Notes under the pieces: generated by a model
What the model was told of the DNA's origin: nothing
Databases searched by the model: none
What the model saw: only the letters and a program-made list of their open reading frames with translations
Shown here: positions 19,878-29,312 of the stretch, piece after piece
Numbering within the stretch: position 1 is the stretch's first letter
Layout: every line of letters starts with the position of its first letter
Program-made: the position numbers and the translations under genes
NCBI GenBank assembly: GCA_016707175.1
Contig: JADJIB010000001.1
Location: forward strand, 718,791-782,790
Source of the DNA: Candidatus Phosphoribacter hodrii
GTDB taxonomy: Bacteria > Actinomycetota > Actinomycetes > Actinomycetales > Dermatophilaceae
Direction: 5' to 3'
Length of the DNA: 64,000 nucleotides

Positions 19878-20234
19878 ATGAATGCAACCATACCTCGACC
19901 TGAGGATCCAAGCGACGATGTCGTCACGCTCGCGGTCGAGGTGTTGCGCATCCTGGCCGACTCGACTCGGCTACGGATCGCCACGCTCCTCATCGACGCG
20001 GAACTCTCGGTGAGCGACCTCGCCGTCGCGGTCAAGCGGCCGGTCCCCGGCGTCTCGCAGCACCTGGCGAAGATGCGGCTCGCGCACCTGGTGTCCACGC
20101 GCAAGCAGGGGACGACGGTGCTCTATCGGATCGACGACGAGCACATTCGGCAACTCGTGCTCGACACCACTCGCCACGTCGAGCACCTGCTGAGCGACCG
20201 TCCTGCCCACCACGAATCGAGGCCCAAACCATGA
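19878..20234 (+). CDS. ArsR/SmtB family metalloregulator
   Basis: LRILADSTRLRIATLLIDAELSVSDLAVAV...VSQHLAKMRLAHLVSTRKQGTTVLYR winged HTH. Confidence 0.85.
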   Translation: MNATIPRPEDPSDDVVTLAVEVLRILADSTRLRIATLLIDAELSVSDLAVAVKRPVPGVSQHLAKMRLAHLVSTRKQGTTVLYRIDDEHIRQLVLDTTRHVEHLLSDRPAHHESRPKP

Positions 20235-21309
20235 CCAACGCCACGGGCCACGGGCCTGACCACGCGGGTCACGACCACGACCACGCCGGGCACGGCGACG
20301 ACCAAGAGCACGCGGGCACGGGCACGGGCACGGGCACGGGCACGACGATGAGCACGGGCATGTGGGCGGCATCCGTCGGCGATTCGGGCAGGGGCACGGC
20401 CATGGTCACGGGCATCACGACGCCGCAGTGACCGACGACCTGGCCATGACGACCGCTGCGGGTATTCGCGCGTCGATCATCGGCTTGATCGGCCTGCTCG
20501 CCACTGCTCTCGTGCAACTCGCCCTCGTTGGGCTCACCGGATCGGTCGCGCTGCTATCCGACACCGTCCACAACCTCGGCGACTGCCTCACGGCCCTGCC
20601 CATCTGGCTGGCCTTCCGCCTCGCGCGGCGCCCTCCCTCGGCCCGGTTCACCTACGGTCTCGGCCGCGTGGAGGACCTCGCGGGCTTGCTCGTCGTCTTC
20701 GCGATCGGCGCCTCCGGGGTGTATGCCGTGTTCGTCTCGATCGAGCGGCTCCTGCACCCCTCGCCGGTGGAGCAGCCGTGGATCGTCGTGGCCGCGGGGC
20801 TGATCGGGGTCATCGGGAACGAGGCCGTCGCCCGGTTCCGGATCAACGCCGGCAAGCGGATCGGTTCACTGGCCCTCGTCGCTGACGGTGAGCATGCCCG
20901 CTCCGACGGCCTCTCCTCGTTGGCGGTCGTAGGTTCCGGGTTGGCCAGCCTGGCCGGCTGGGCCTGGGCCGACCCGATCGTCGGGCTCGTCATCGCGGCC
21001 CTCATCGGCGCCCTGTTCGTCCGGACCGGACGAGCGATCCTGGCCCGACTCCTCGACGCCGTCGATCCCGAACTCGTGGACCGAGTCCGATCCGCCGCCG
21101 CCGAACCGGGCGGTGTCATCACGGTCGACGACGTCCGCGTCCGTTGGCTCGGCCATCGTGCACGAGCCGAGATCGACGTGACAGTCGACAGCTCGCTGTC
21201 CGTGGTCGAGGCCCGGGCGGTCGCGGATGCGGTGACCAATGAGATCCGCCAGGACTCCCCCGAAGTCAAAGACGTTGCCGTCCAAATCCTCCCCGCGCTG
21301 ACGCACTAG
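20231..21309 (+). CDS. Cation diffusion facilitator transporter with a His-rich N-terminus; apparent frameshift in the (CACGGG)n repeat near 20313-20316
   Basis: ATGA coupling to arsR at 20231 (MTNATGHGPDHAGHDHDHAGHG...). The body is in the frame of ORF 20362..21309 (SVALLSDTVHNLGDC...ADGEHARSDGLSS). Upstream, that frame reads HGHGHGHGHDDEHGH with no start codon. Confidence 0.75.
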
Positions 21310-21392
21310 CCCCGGGCCAGCCTCAGCGCTCCAGGGGCCGGCTGGGTGCGTGACGGCGCAGGGGTCCCACACGGCGCCGCCGACCTCAGCGC

Positions 21393-23057
21393 TCAGCCCA
21401 GCGCCGTCGCCGCCGACCGCCCAGCAACTCGCCCGGAATACAGGCACCCGCCGAGGAAGGTGCCCTCCAACGCCCGGTACCCATGCACCCCACCGCCGCC
21501 GAACCCGGCAACCTCTCCCGCGGCATACAGGGCAGGGACCGCCGTGCCGTCCATCCGCAGCACCCGCCCCGCCAAGTCGGTCTGCACTCCCCCGAGCGTC
21601 TTGCGGGTCAGCACCGACAGCCGCACCGCGATGAGCGGCCCAGCCGCCGGGTCGAGGATCGGATGCGGCGGCACCGTCCGGGTCATCCGGTCGCCCCGGA
21701 AGGCCCGCGCCGCCCGGATCGCCATGATCTGGAAGTCCTTGCCGAACTCGTTGTCCACCTGCAGATCGCGCTCACGCAGGATCCGCTCGACCTTGTCCGG
21801 GTCCAGCGGCGCCTCAGGAACCAAGGCGTTCATCCCGGCAACGAGCTCGCGCACGGTCGGCGCCACGACGAAATCCTCGCCGTGATCGAGGAACGCCTGC
21901 ACCGACGCCGGCACGCCCCCACGCGCCCGCCCGATGACGTCGCGCACCGACCGATTGGTCAGGTCGAGGTTCTGCTCGGAGCCCGACAGGACGAACTCCT
22001 TCTCGATGATCCGCTGGTTGAGCACGAACCAGGAGTGATCGAACCCCGACTGCCGCAGATACTCCAGCGTGCCGAGCGTGTCGAAACCGGGGTAGAGCGG
22101 CGCGGGCAGCCGGTCGCCGGCCCCGTCCAGCCACACGGACGACGGCCCAGGAATGATCCGTATGCCGTGCTGCGCCCAGACCGGGTCCCAGTTGCGGACC
22201 CCCTCGACGTAGTGCCACATCCGGTCGCCGTTGACGATCCGCCCACCGGCGCGAGCGGTGATGCCCACCATCCGCCCGTCGACATGGGCGGGGACCCCGA
22301 CGACCGCCTCGCCGGGTGGCAATCCAAGACGCGGTGGCCAGGCCGCCCGCACGAGGTCGAGGTTGCCGCCGATGCCGCCGCTGGCCACGATGATCGCCCC
22401 GGCCGACAACTCGAACTCGCCCGCCGGCTCTCGCGAGGTCGCGACACCCCGCGCCACGTGGGTCGGCGCGAGCCGGGTCCCGCGGACGCCGCTGACGACT
22501 CCTCGGGTGAAGACGAGGTCGTCGACCCGGTGCCGGAACGCATAGCGCAGCCGCCCGGCCACCTCGGCCTCCTTGGCGAGGCGCACGAACGGCTCGCAGA
22601 TCCCCGGCCCGGTGCCCCACGTCACGTGGAAGCGCGGCACCGAGTTGCCGTGCCCGCCCGCGGTGCCGTCGCCGCGCTCGGCCCACCCGACGAGGGGGAA
22701 GAACTTGACGTCCAGCCCGGACAACCAGGCGCGCATCTCGCCCGAGGCGAACTCGACATAGGCCCGGGCCCACTGCTTGCCCCAGTAGTCCTCGCCGCCG
22801 GACCCCAGCCGGTCCCAGCCGGCCGTGCCCTTCCAGTCCGACCACGCCAGCTCGTGCGAGTCCTTGATCCCCATCCGGCGTTGCTCGGGGGTGTCGACGA
22901 GGAACAGCCCGCCCAAGGACCAGAACGCCTGCCCGCCGAGGTTCTCCCGAGACTCCTGGTCGACGACGACCACCCGCTTGCCGGCAGCGACGGCTTCAGT
23001 GGCGGCGACCAGGCCGGCGAGGCCGGCTCCGATGACGATGACGTCGGTGTCGGGCAT
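21393..23057 (-). CDS. FAD-binding dehydrogenase (fumarate reductase/succinate dehydrogenase flavoprotein-like)
   Basis: DVIVIGAGLAGLVAA dinucleotide fold ... LYAAGEVAGFGGGGVHGYRALEGTFLGGC. Confidence 0.85.
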   Translation of the reverse strand: MPDTDVIVIGAGLAGLVAATEAVAAGKRVVVVDQESRENLGGQAFWSLGGLFLVDTPEQRRMGIKDSHELAWSDWKGTAGWDRLGSGGEDYWGKQWARAYVEFASGEMRAWLSGLDVKFFPLVGWAERGDGTAGGHGNSVPRFHVTWGTGPGICEPFVRLAKEAEVAGRLRYAFRHRVDDLVFTRGVVSGVRGTRLAPTHVARGVATSREPAGEFELSAGAIIVASGGIGGNLDLVRAAWPPRLGLPPGEAVVGVPAHVDGRMVGITARAGGRIVNGDRMWHYVEGVRNWDPVWAQHGIRIIPGPSSVWLDGAGDRLPAPLYPGFDTLGTLEYLRQSGFDHSWFVLNQRIIEKEFVLSGSEQNLDLTNRSVRDVIGRARGGVPASVQAFLDHGEDFVVAPTVRELVAGMNALVPEAPLDPDKVERILRERDLQVDNEFGKDFQIMAIRAARAFRGDRMTRTVPPHPILDPAAGPLIAVRLSVLTRKTLGGVQTDLAGRVLRMDGTAVPALYAAGEVAGFGGGGVHGYRALEGTFLGGCLYSGRVAGRSAATALG

Positions 23058-23100
23058 GGGCCGATCGTACGCACCCGCGCGCGGCGTCTACGGTAGGAAC

Positions 23101-23778
23101 GTGAGCACTTCGCAAAGCCCGCAACCCGGCATACCCCTTGCAGTGCCGACCGAGGAGGCGCTGGCGCCGGTCCCTGCGTGGGGCGTGCTCAGCGCGGCCG
23201 CCGCTCCCGTCGTGCTTGCAGCGGGTTATCTGTATGCCGCGTCGCTCACCCCCGGCTTCCAACCTGTGAGCCAGCCGCTGTCGGACCTCGGTGCCGCCAA
23301 CGCGGGGACCCGCTGGCTCATGGCGGTCACGCTCATGCTCGTCGGCGTCTCCTACATCGTCACCGCGCTCGGACTGCGGCCGGCCGACACCGCCGGGCGC
23401 TGGCTGCTCGGCGGGGCCGGCGTGATGATGTTCTGGGTGGCGTTGATCCCCAACAACGTCGTCGGGAAGTGGACGCTGCGGCACATCCTCGGGTCGGCGT
23501 TCGTCTTCGGGCTGCTCGCCTTGTGGCCGGCGATGAGCGGCCACCTCGGCCCGCGCGTGCCGTGGCCGCTGCGCCGGCGGGTCGGCGTGATGATCTCGAT
23601 CGTCGCGTTCGTTCTCATCGAGCTCACCTTGTGGGGGATCATCCTGCGCGCGGACACCGACGGGGCGCGCGAGGTGCTCCTGTATGCCGTGACCGCCCTC
23701 TGGCCGCTCGTGGTCGTCGTGTGGACGAAGGTCCGCGGCGCGGGCTGGGCCTATCCGGCGGTTCAGCGCCGGGTGTAG
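23101..23778 (+). CDS. Integral membrane protein (DUF998-like)
   Basis: GTG at 23101. About six hydrophobic segments. Family assignment tentative. Confidence 0.5.
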   Translation: MSTSQSPQPGIPLAVPTEEALAPVPAWGVLSAAAAPVVLAAGYLYAASLTPGFQPVSQPLSDLGAANAGTRWLMAVTLMLVGVSYIVTALGLRPADTAGRWLLGGAGVMMFWVALIPNNVVGKWTLRHILGSAFVFGLLALWPAMSGHLGPRVPWPLRRRVGVMISIVAFVLIELTLWGIILRADTDGAREVLLYAVTALWPLVVVVWTKVRGAGWAYPAVQRRV

Positions 23779-25277
23779 ACCTTGCCCGGTTGGGGGTTGC
23801 CCAGCAACTGGGGGACGGTCACCAACGTGAACCCACGCGCCTTGAGCCCGGCGATGATGGCGGGCACGGCCTCGATGGTGCTCGCGTGAATGTCGTGCAT
23901 GAGGATGATCGACCCCGGGCGCACGGTTGCCAGAGCCCGGGAGGTGGTGATCGAGGCGTCCCTGTTCTTCCAGTCCTCGGTGTCGACGTCCCAGAGGATG
24001 ATGGCCTGCCCAAGTGTCGCCGTCTGCGGTGACATCGAGCCGTAGGGCGGGCGCAACAAGGTCGTGGACACACCCGTGACCCGAGCGATCTCGGCCGAGG
24101 TCCGATCGACCTCGGAGCGCGCCTCATCGAGAGAGAGTCGTTTCATGTCGCGGTGGTCCCAGGTGTGGTTGCCCACGACCATGCCGCTGCGAACCATCCG
24201 GGTCACCAGGTCGGGATGGATCCGCACGTTCTGACCCAGGACGAAGAAGGTGGCCACGACTCCGGCAGCCTCGAGCCGATCGAGCAGGGTCCCGGTCAGT
24301 GAGCCCGGGCCGTCGTCGAAGGTCAACGCGACGCATTTGAGCTTGGCGCAGTCGACAGCGGCGGCCGGCGGCGGTGCCACGGCGGGACTGGCCGGCGGCA
24401 CCGGAGCAGGAGCGACCGGGGTAGCCGGCGCGACTGGGGTGGGCGCCGCCGAGGTCGGGACGGACACGGCATACGGCAGGCCGGATCGCACGGCGTCGGC
24501 CACCCGTCGGCCCCGCTCGGACAACAACGGCTCCGCGGTCGCCTGGGGGACGGTCACGGTGAGGTTCCCCGCAGAGAACGGCGCGACCGTGCCCTGATCC
24601 AGCAGGAGCACCAGGTCACCCGCGGCCGAGAAGGTGAGGTCGGTGAGCAACGCGTCGACCCCGGCTGCGCCGACCTCGTCGGGGTCGAGCGTGGCGTGAC
24701 CCGACGCGCGCACCGCCGACCGAACGAGAGCCGCGACCTCAGCGCGCCCCGCCGTGGTCACGAGGTCCATGCCGGTCCACGTCGTCGACCCGTCACCGTA
24801 GAAGACCCGGTGGGTGGTCTGCCCGCTGGCACCACCGAACTCGAACGTCTCCATCCGGATGCCGAGCACCGGACCGGACGCCGTGATGACCTGCCACCCG
24901 ACGTTGAGCTCAGCCGGCGCCTGCTCACTGGGCGCGTTGTCGGCCCGGAAACTCGATTCGGTGGCGTTGGCCCAGGCCGCGATCGCGTCGGTCATCGACC
25001 CCTGCCCTGGGGCGACGGGGCGGCGCACCGCCACCGGCAGCAACGGGTCGTTGCCCATGCTCTGCACCACGGTGATCCCCGCCACGGAGAGCTCGGTGGG
25101 CGGCATACCTGAGACTCCGGGGACGCCTGCGCTGCCGGTCGGGGCTGTTGACGCGGTTGGATCGCCGGGTGGGGTCGGTGACCCCGTGCACGCGGTGGCC
25201 AGCAGCGCGGCGGCCAGGGGGAGCACCCATCGCCTCGACCGTCGACCAACCGTCATCGCGAACCGTCCGCGCATCAT
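23763..25277 (-). CDS. Secreted lipoprotein with a C-terminal polysaccharide deacetylase (NodB) domain
   Basis: Lipobox LLATAC. VALTFDDGP, NHTWDH, LLRPPYG, IILMHD NodB motifs. Confidence 0.85.
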   Translation of the reverse strand: MMRGRFAMTVGRRSRRWVLPLAAALLATACTGSPTPPGDPTASTAPTGSAGVPGVSGMPPTELSVAGITVVQSMGNDPLLPVAVRRPVAPGQGSMTDAIAAWANATESSFRADNAPSEQAPAELNVGWQVITASGPVLGIRMETFEFGGASGQTTHRVFYGDGSTTWTGMDLVTTAGRAEVAALVRSAVRASGHATLDPDEVGAAGVDALLTDLTFSAAGDLVLLLDQGTVAPFSAGNLTVTVPQATAEPLLSERGRRVADAVRSGLPYAVSVPTSAAPTPVAPATPVAPAPVPPASPAVAPPPAAAVDCAKLKCVALTFDDGPGSLTGTLLDRLEAAGVVATFFVLGQNVRIHPDLVTRMVRSGMVVGNHTWDHRDMKRLSLDEARSEVDRTSAEIARVTGVSTTLLRPPYGSMSPQTATLGQAIILWDVDTEDWKNRDASITTSRALATVRPGSIILMHDIHASTIEAVPAIIAGLKARGFTLVTVPQLLGNPQPGKVYTRR

Positions 25278-25366
25278 CTTCTGTCCAGCTCTTCGTCAAG
25301 CGAGATCGACATCAGTCGATCAGGGGGAGATAGGGCAACGCTGCCCACGCTAGGCGGTGGAAGCGC

Positions 25367-26572
25367 TTACGTGAGGTAGGCGGTGAGCCGATCCATCGCG
25401 TCGTCCAGATCCGCGGTCGTCCCCGCGAAACACAGCCGCACGAAGGCCCGGCCATCCAGGGCCGGGTCCCCTCCCGGCGTCGCCGGCGCAAAATCGACGC
25501 CCGGCGTCAAGGCCACTCCCGTTGCGTCGAGCACCTCCTGACACCAGCGCGTCGAGTCGTCGGTGAGGTGGCTGACGTCGAAGTAGAGGTAGAACGCGCC
25601 GTCCGGTGGCGCCAGTTTGGCCACGCCGATCTCGGGGAGGCGCCGCAGCAGCAGGTCACGGTTGACGGCATACCGGCGCACGTGTCCGTCGAGCTCCTCG
25701 CGCGCCGACGCGGAGAAGGCGGCGACGCCGGCGGCCTGCGAGACCGCGGGCGGGCAGATGTTGAGGTTGCCGATAAGCACCTCGACCGGGCGGACCAGGG
25801 CTGGCGGCAGGACCATCCAGCCGACCCGCCAGCCGGTCATCGAGAAGTACTTCGACAGCGACCCGACGAGCACGGCCGAGCGCGAGGACTCCCACGCGCT
25901 GGCGCACCGCCGCCCGAACGAGATGCCGTGATAGATCTCGTCGCTCACGAGCAGCGTCCGGTGCGCCTCGCACCAACGGGCGATCGCGGCGAGCTCGTCG
26001 GGGTCGATGATCGTCCCCGTCGGGTTGCTCGGGCTCGCGACGACGAGACCCGCGGGCGGCTCGGGCAGGGCCTCGAGCATCGCGACGGTCGGCTGGAAGC
26101 GCGTGTCGGGACCGCAGTCGAACTCCACGACGCGAGCACCCAACGCCTGCAACGTGTTTCGGTATGCCGGGTAGCCGGGTCGGCTCATCGCCACCGTGTC
26201 GCCGACATCGAAGGCGGCAAGGAACAACGCGGTGAAGGCGGCCGACGAACCGGTCGTCACGACCACCTGGGCGGGGTCGACGGCCAGCCCGTAGGAGTCG
26301 CCATAGTGCCGCGCAATCGCCTCACGCAGCGGGCGTATGCCGGTCGCCTCGGTATAGCCGAGCACCTCACCTTCCAGCGCGCGCACCGCTGCCACGCGAG
26401 CGGCGACCGGAGCCGGGGTCGAGGGTTGGCCGGCGCACAACGCGATGACATCGCCGTGGCTGGCCTGGCGCAGGCTGGCTGCCTTGATGACCTCCATGAC
26501 ATGGAACGGTTCGACCGCTCCGCGCGCCGACAGTCGGACCGGCGGGGACGCGGGGACGGGGGCGGACGGCAT
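25367..26572 (-). CDS. Class I/II PLP-dependent aminotransferase
   Basis: Start MPSAPVP at 26572. SPSNPTG, SLSKYFSMTGWRVGW (PLP lysine). Only the C-terminal 401 aa of ORF 25367..27520 is credible. Confidence 0.85.
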   Translation of the reverse strand: MPSAPVPASPPVRLSARGAVEPFHVMEVIKAASLRQASHGDVIALCAGQPSTPAPVAARVAAVRALEGEVLGYTEATGIRPLREAIARHYGDSYGLAVDPAQVVVTTGSSAAFTALFLAAFDVGDTVAMSRPGYPAYRNTLQALGARVVEFDCGPDTRFQPTVAMLEALPEPPAGLVVASPSNPTGTIIDPDELAAIARWCEAHRTLLVSDEIYHGISFGRRCASAWESSRSAVLVGSLSKYFSMTGWRVGWMVLPPALVRPVEVLIGNLNICPPAVSQAAGVAAFSASAREELDGHVRRYAVNRDLLLRRLPEIGVAKLAPPDGAFYLYFDVSHLTDDSTRWCQEVLDATGVALTPGVDFAPATPGGDPALDGRAFVRLCFAGTTADLDDAMDRLTAYLT

Positions 26573-26607
26573 ACCGAAAAACCTAGCCGACCGTCGCGGT
26601 GGTGACC

Positions 26608-28023
26608 CTAGACCGGGTCCGGCGCCGAGGTGCTCTCGACGAGACCGACCGACCCGTCGGCCCGGTGGGCGGTGTCCTCGAACTTGACGAGGGTGATCCG
26701 GTGGTTGTCCATCTCCAGGACGGTGAGCCGCCCCGATTCGAGCGTGACGACGTCGCCGACCGAGGGCACCCCGCCGAAGGCCTTGTAGAACAGGCCGGCG
26801 AGGGTGACGTAGTCGTCGTCCTCGGGGAACGGGAAGCTCACCAGATCGACGAGGTCGGAAATCCGCATCGAGGCGTCGATCTCGTAGGCACTGCCGGTGA
26901 GCTTCTTGACCCGCCGCGTCCCCCGGGTGAACTCGTCCTCGTAATCGCCGACGATCTCTTCGAGGATGTCCTCGAGGGTGATGATCCCCTCGGTGCCGCC
27001 GTATTCGTCGATGACGATGGCCATTTGCTGGCGCTTGCGCTTGAAGTCGGCGAGCAGGTCGTTGAGCGGTTTGCTGTCGGGCACGAGGAAGGGCGGCTTC
27101 GCGAAGTCCTTGACCGGCTTCTTGCTCGCCTTGCTGAAGCTGTCGGAACCACTGTGTTCGGCGACGTAGGTGAGCAGTTCTTTGATGGCGACGACGCCGG
27201 TGATCCGGTCGAGGCTGTCGACATAGACCGGGAACCGGGCGTGCGGGATGTCGCGGAAGTAGCGCAGGGCGTCGCCGAGAGTGGCGTCTTGTTCGAGGGC
27301 GCGGATCTGGGTGCGCGGCACCATCGCGTCGCGGACCGTCTGCTCGTCCAACTCGAAGACGCCGCGGATCATCTCGGTCTCCTCGGGATCGAGCATCCCG
27401 TCCTTCTCGCTCGCCTCGAGGATCATCCGGATCTCCTCGACGCTCATCGTGAAGTGGCTCTCGCCGTGGCCCCCGAGGTTGCCCTGACCCGAAAGGCGCA
27501 GCAACAGGTCGGAGGCCCACTTCATCACCGCGATGAGCGGACGGAAGGTGAGGTACATGACGTTGATGAGGCGCCCGACCCGCAGGCTCAGCGGCTCGGC
27601 GCGGTGGAAGGCGAGGACCTTCGGGGCCAACTCACCGCCGACGATGTGGATGAACGACACCACGGTGAACCCGATGACGTAGCTGACCGTGTGGGCAGCG
27701 GCGTGCAGCGCGTCGTGGTCGCCCAAGGCGGTGAAGATCGCCACCACCCAGGGGTCGACGACCGTATGCAGCGTCTCCATGCCGACGGCGCCCAACCCGA
27801 GCGAGACGAGGGTGATGCCGATCTGGGTGACCGAGTAGAACCGTTCGGGCTCCTCGTGGAGCAACTTGACGGTCTTGGCCCGGCTGTTACCCTCCTCCGC
27901 GAGTTGCCGGATGCGACTTCGGCGGGCGGAGGAGATGGCGATCTCTGACCCCACGAAGAAGGCGTTCCCGGCAACGAGCAAGAGGATGATCGCCAGCCGC
28001 AGCCATAACGGCAGGTCCTCCAT
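26608..28023 (-). CDS. CNNM/hemolysin-family transporter (DUF21-CBS pair-CorC_HlyC)
   Basis: 471-aa ORF. N-terminal TM DUF21, CBS region, C-terminal GGVPSVGDVV...L.V.EMD..RI. Confidence 0.85.
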   Translation of the reverse strand: MEDLPLWLRLAIILLLVAGNAFFVGSEIAISSARRSRIRQLAEEGNSRAKTVKLLHEEPERFYSVTQIGITLVSLGLGAVGMETLHTVVDPWVVAIFTALGDHDALHAAAHTVSYVIGFTVVSFIHIVGGELAPKVLAFHRAEPLSLRVGRLINVMYLTFRPLIAVMKWASDLLLRLSGQGNLGGHGESHFTMSVEEIRMILEASEKDGMLDPEETEMIRGVFELDEQTVRDAMVPRTQIRALEQDATLGDALRYFRDIPHARFPVYVDSLDRITGVVAIKELLTYVAEHSGSDSFSKASKKPVKDFAKPPFLVPDSKPLNDLLADFKRKRQQMAIVIDEYGGTEGIITLEDILEEIVGDYEDEFTRGTRRVKKLTGSAYEIDASMRISDLVDLVSFPFPEDDDYVTLAGLFYKAFGGVPSVGDVVTLESGRLTVLEMDNHRITLVKFEDTAHRADGSVGLVESTSAPDPV

Positions 28024-28195
28024 GAAAGACCACTCCTCGGGGTCTTCGCAGGGTCGCGGACCGACACCTGCACCCGTGGGCGAGTGTACGAGAAGCGAAC
28101 GGCGCTACACCGGGGGATGAACGTCCCGAATCCGCGAGCGGACGCGCCGACGCCGCCACCGGTGCGGAACGCCGCCGCCACCGGCGGGTCGGCCG

Positions 28196-28705
28196 TCAGG
28201 AGTGGCCGGAGCGGCGCTTGGCGTCCTCGTCGATGAGCCGGTTGATGAGCTGCTGGATCTCATCGCTGCGGGGGATGTTGCGCAGGAGCTCGTCGGCCGA
28301 GTCGCCGGCCGACTCGATGCTCAAGGTGCCTGACCGGATGATCCGGTCGAAGAAGGTCTGGCGGAAGGACACATCGGTGATCTTCGACAAGGTGATGTCC
28401 TTGCCCGACTTGCTGAGGATGCCCTTGCGCACCATGACCCGGTGGCTGGTGATGACGTAGTGCGTGGTGCGCCAGCGCAGATACGGCACGACGACCAACG
28501 CGAGGGCGAGCACGACCAGGACGGAGATGGCGCCCCACTGCAGACGGTTGCCGGTCGCATCGTCGGGCGTCACCCACGACGTGACGACAGCCAGGGCGAT
28601 GAGGACCACCCCGAGCAGGGTCGGCCCGAACACCGTCAACGGGTGCGGGTGCAGGCTGCGTTCGACCTTCTCGCCTTGGGCGAGCACGTTCTCGGGAAAC
28701 CCCAT
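28196..28705 (-). CDS. Membrane PH-domain protein (bPH_2 / YdbS-like)
   Basis: Start MGFPENVLAQGEKV at 28705. Two TM segments, then YVITSHRVMVRKGILSKSGKDITLSKITDVSFRQ. Confidence 0.7.
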   Translation of the reverse strand: MGFPENVLAQGEKVERSLHPHPLTVFGPTLLGVVLIALAVVTSWVTPDDATGNRLQWGAISVLVVLALALVVVPYLRWRTTHYVITSHRVMVRKGILSKSGKDITLSKITDVSFRQTFFDRIIRSGTLSIESAGDSADELLRNIPRSDEIQQLINRLIDEDAKRRSGHS

Positions 28706-28739
28706 GGCCCCCACGATAACGGGGTGGCAGGCTGGCAGC

Positions 28740-29312
28740 ATGGGCCAACGGATGTTCCTCGCCGTCGTGCCTCCCGAGCCGGTTCGTGAGGATCTCGAGG
28801 CCTTCCTCGACGTCCGGCCCGGGATGAGGTGGACGCACCCCCTGCACTGGCACGTCACCCTCGCCTTCTTCGCGTCGGTGCCTGAGCACCGGATCGACGA
28901 GCTCATCGAGCGGCTGGCGACGAAGGCGAGCAAGCGGCATACCTTCACGACCGGACTCGCGGGAGCGGGCGCCTTCCCCAACCCGGCCCGCGCCAACGTC
29001 CTGTGGCTCGGATTAGACGGTGGCACCGACGAATTGACGCACCTGGCGGCTTCGGGACGCGCCGCGGGCGCCAAGGTCGGAGCTCCGCCGGACGCGCAGA
29101 AGTTCAGGCCGCATCTCACCCTGGCCCGACCGCGCCCGCCCATCGAGGCCACCCGCTGGCTGCGGGTCCTCGACTCCTACCGGAGCCCGGCATGGGAGGT
29201 GGTCGACGTCGTCCTCATCGCGTCCTACCTCGGCGAGGGGTCGGGTGGCGGCTCCCGCTACGAGACCGTCGCGCAGTTCGCGCTCGGTCGGCCGGGCGCG
29301 GGCACCCCATGA
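28740..29312 (+). CDS. thpR: RNA 2',3'-cyclic phosphodiesterase (2H family, ThpR/LigT)
   Basis: Two HxT/S motifs: HWHVTLAF and RPHLTLAR. Confidence 0.8.
   Translation: MGQRMFLAVVPPEPVREDLEAFLDVRPGMRWTHPLHWHVTLAFFASVPEHRIDELIERLATKASKRHTFTTGLAGAGAFPNPARANVLWLGLDGGTDELTHLAASGRAAGAKVGAPPDAQKFRPHLTLARPRPPIEATRWLRVLDSYRSPAWEVVDVVLIASYLGEGSGGGSRYETVAQFALGRPGAGTP

Noticed and set aside
25367-27520. N-terminal extensions of ORFs 25367..27520, 36214..38211 and 51138..53174
   Set aside because: Only the C-terminal parts carry the aminotransferase, ABC ATPase and FprA motifs. The extensions overlap neighbouring genes (CNNM, adaptor, gdhA) in other frames and look like shadow translation.
28024-28195. 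Riboswitch (for example Mg2+ M-box) in the 170-nt leader of the CNNM/CorC-type gene
   Set aside because: I could not find M-box or other known riboswitch signatures. The only features are a CGCCGCCACCGG direct repeat and a short CCGGTG/CACCGG dyad. That is insufficient.
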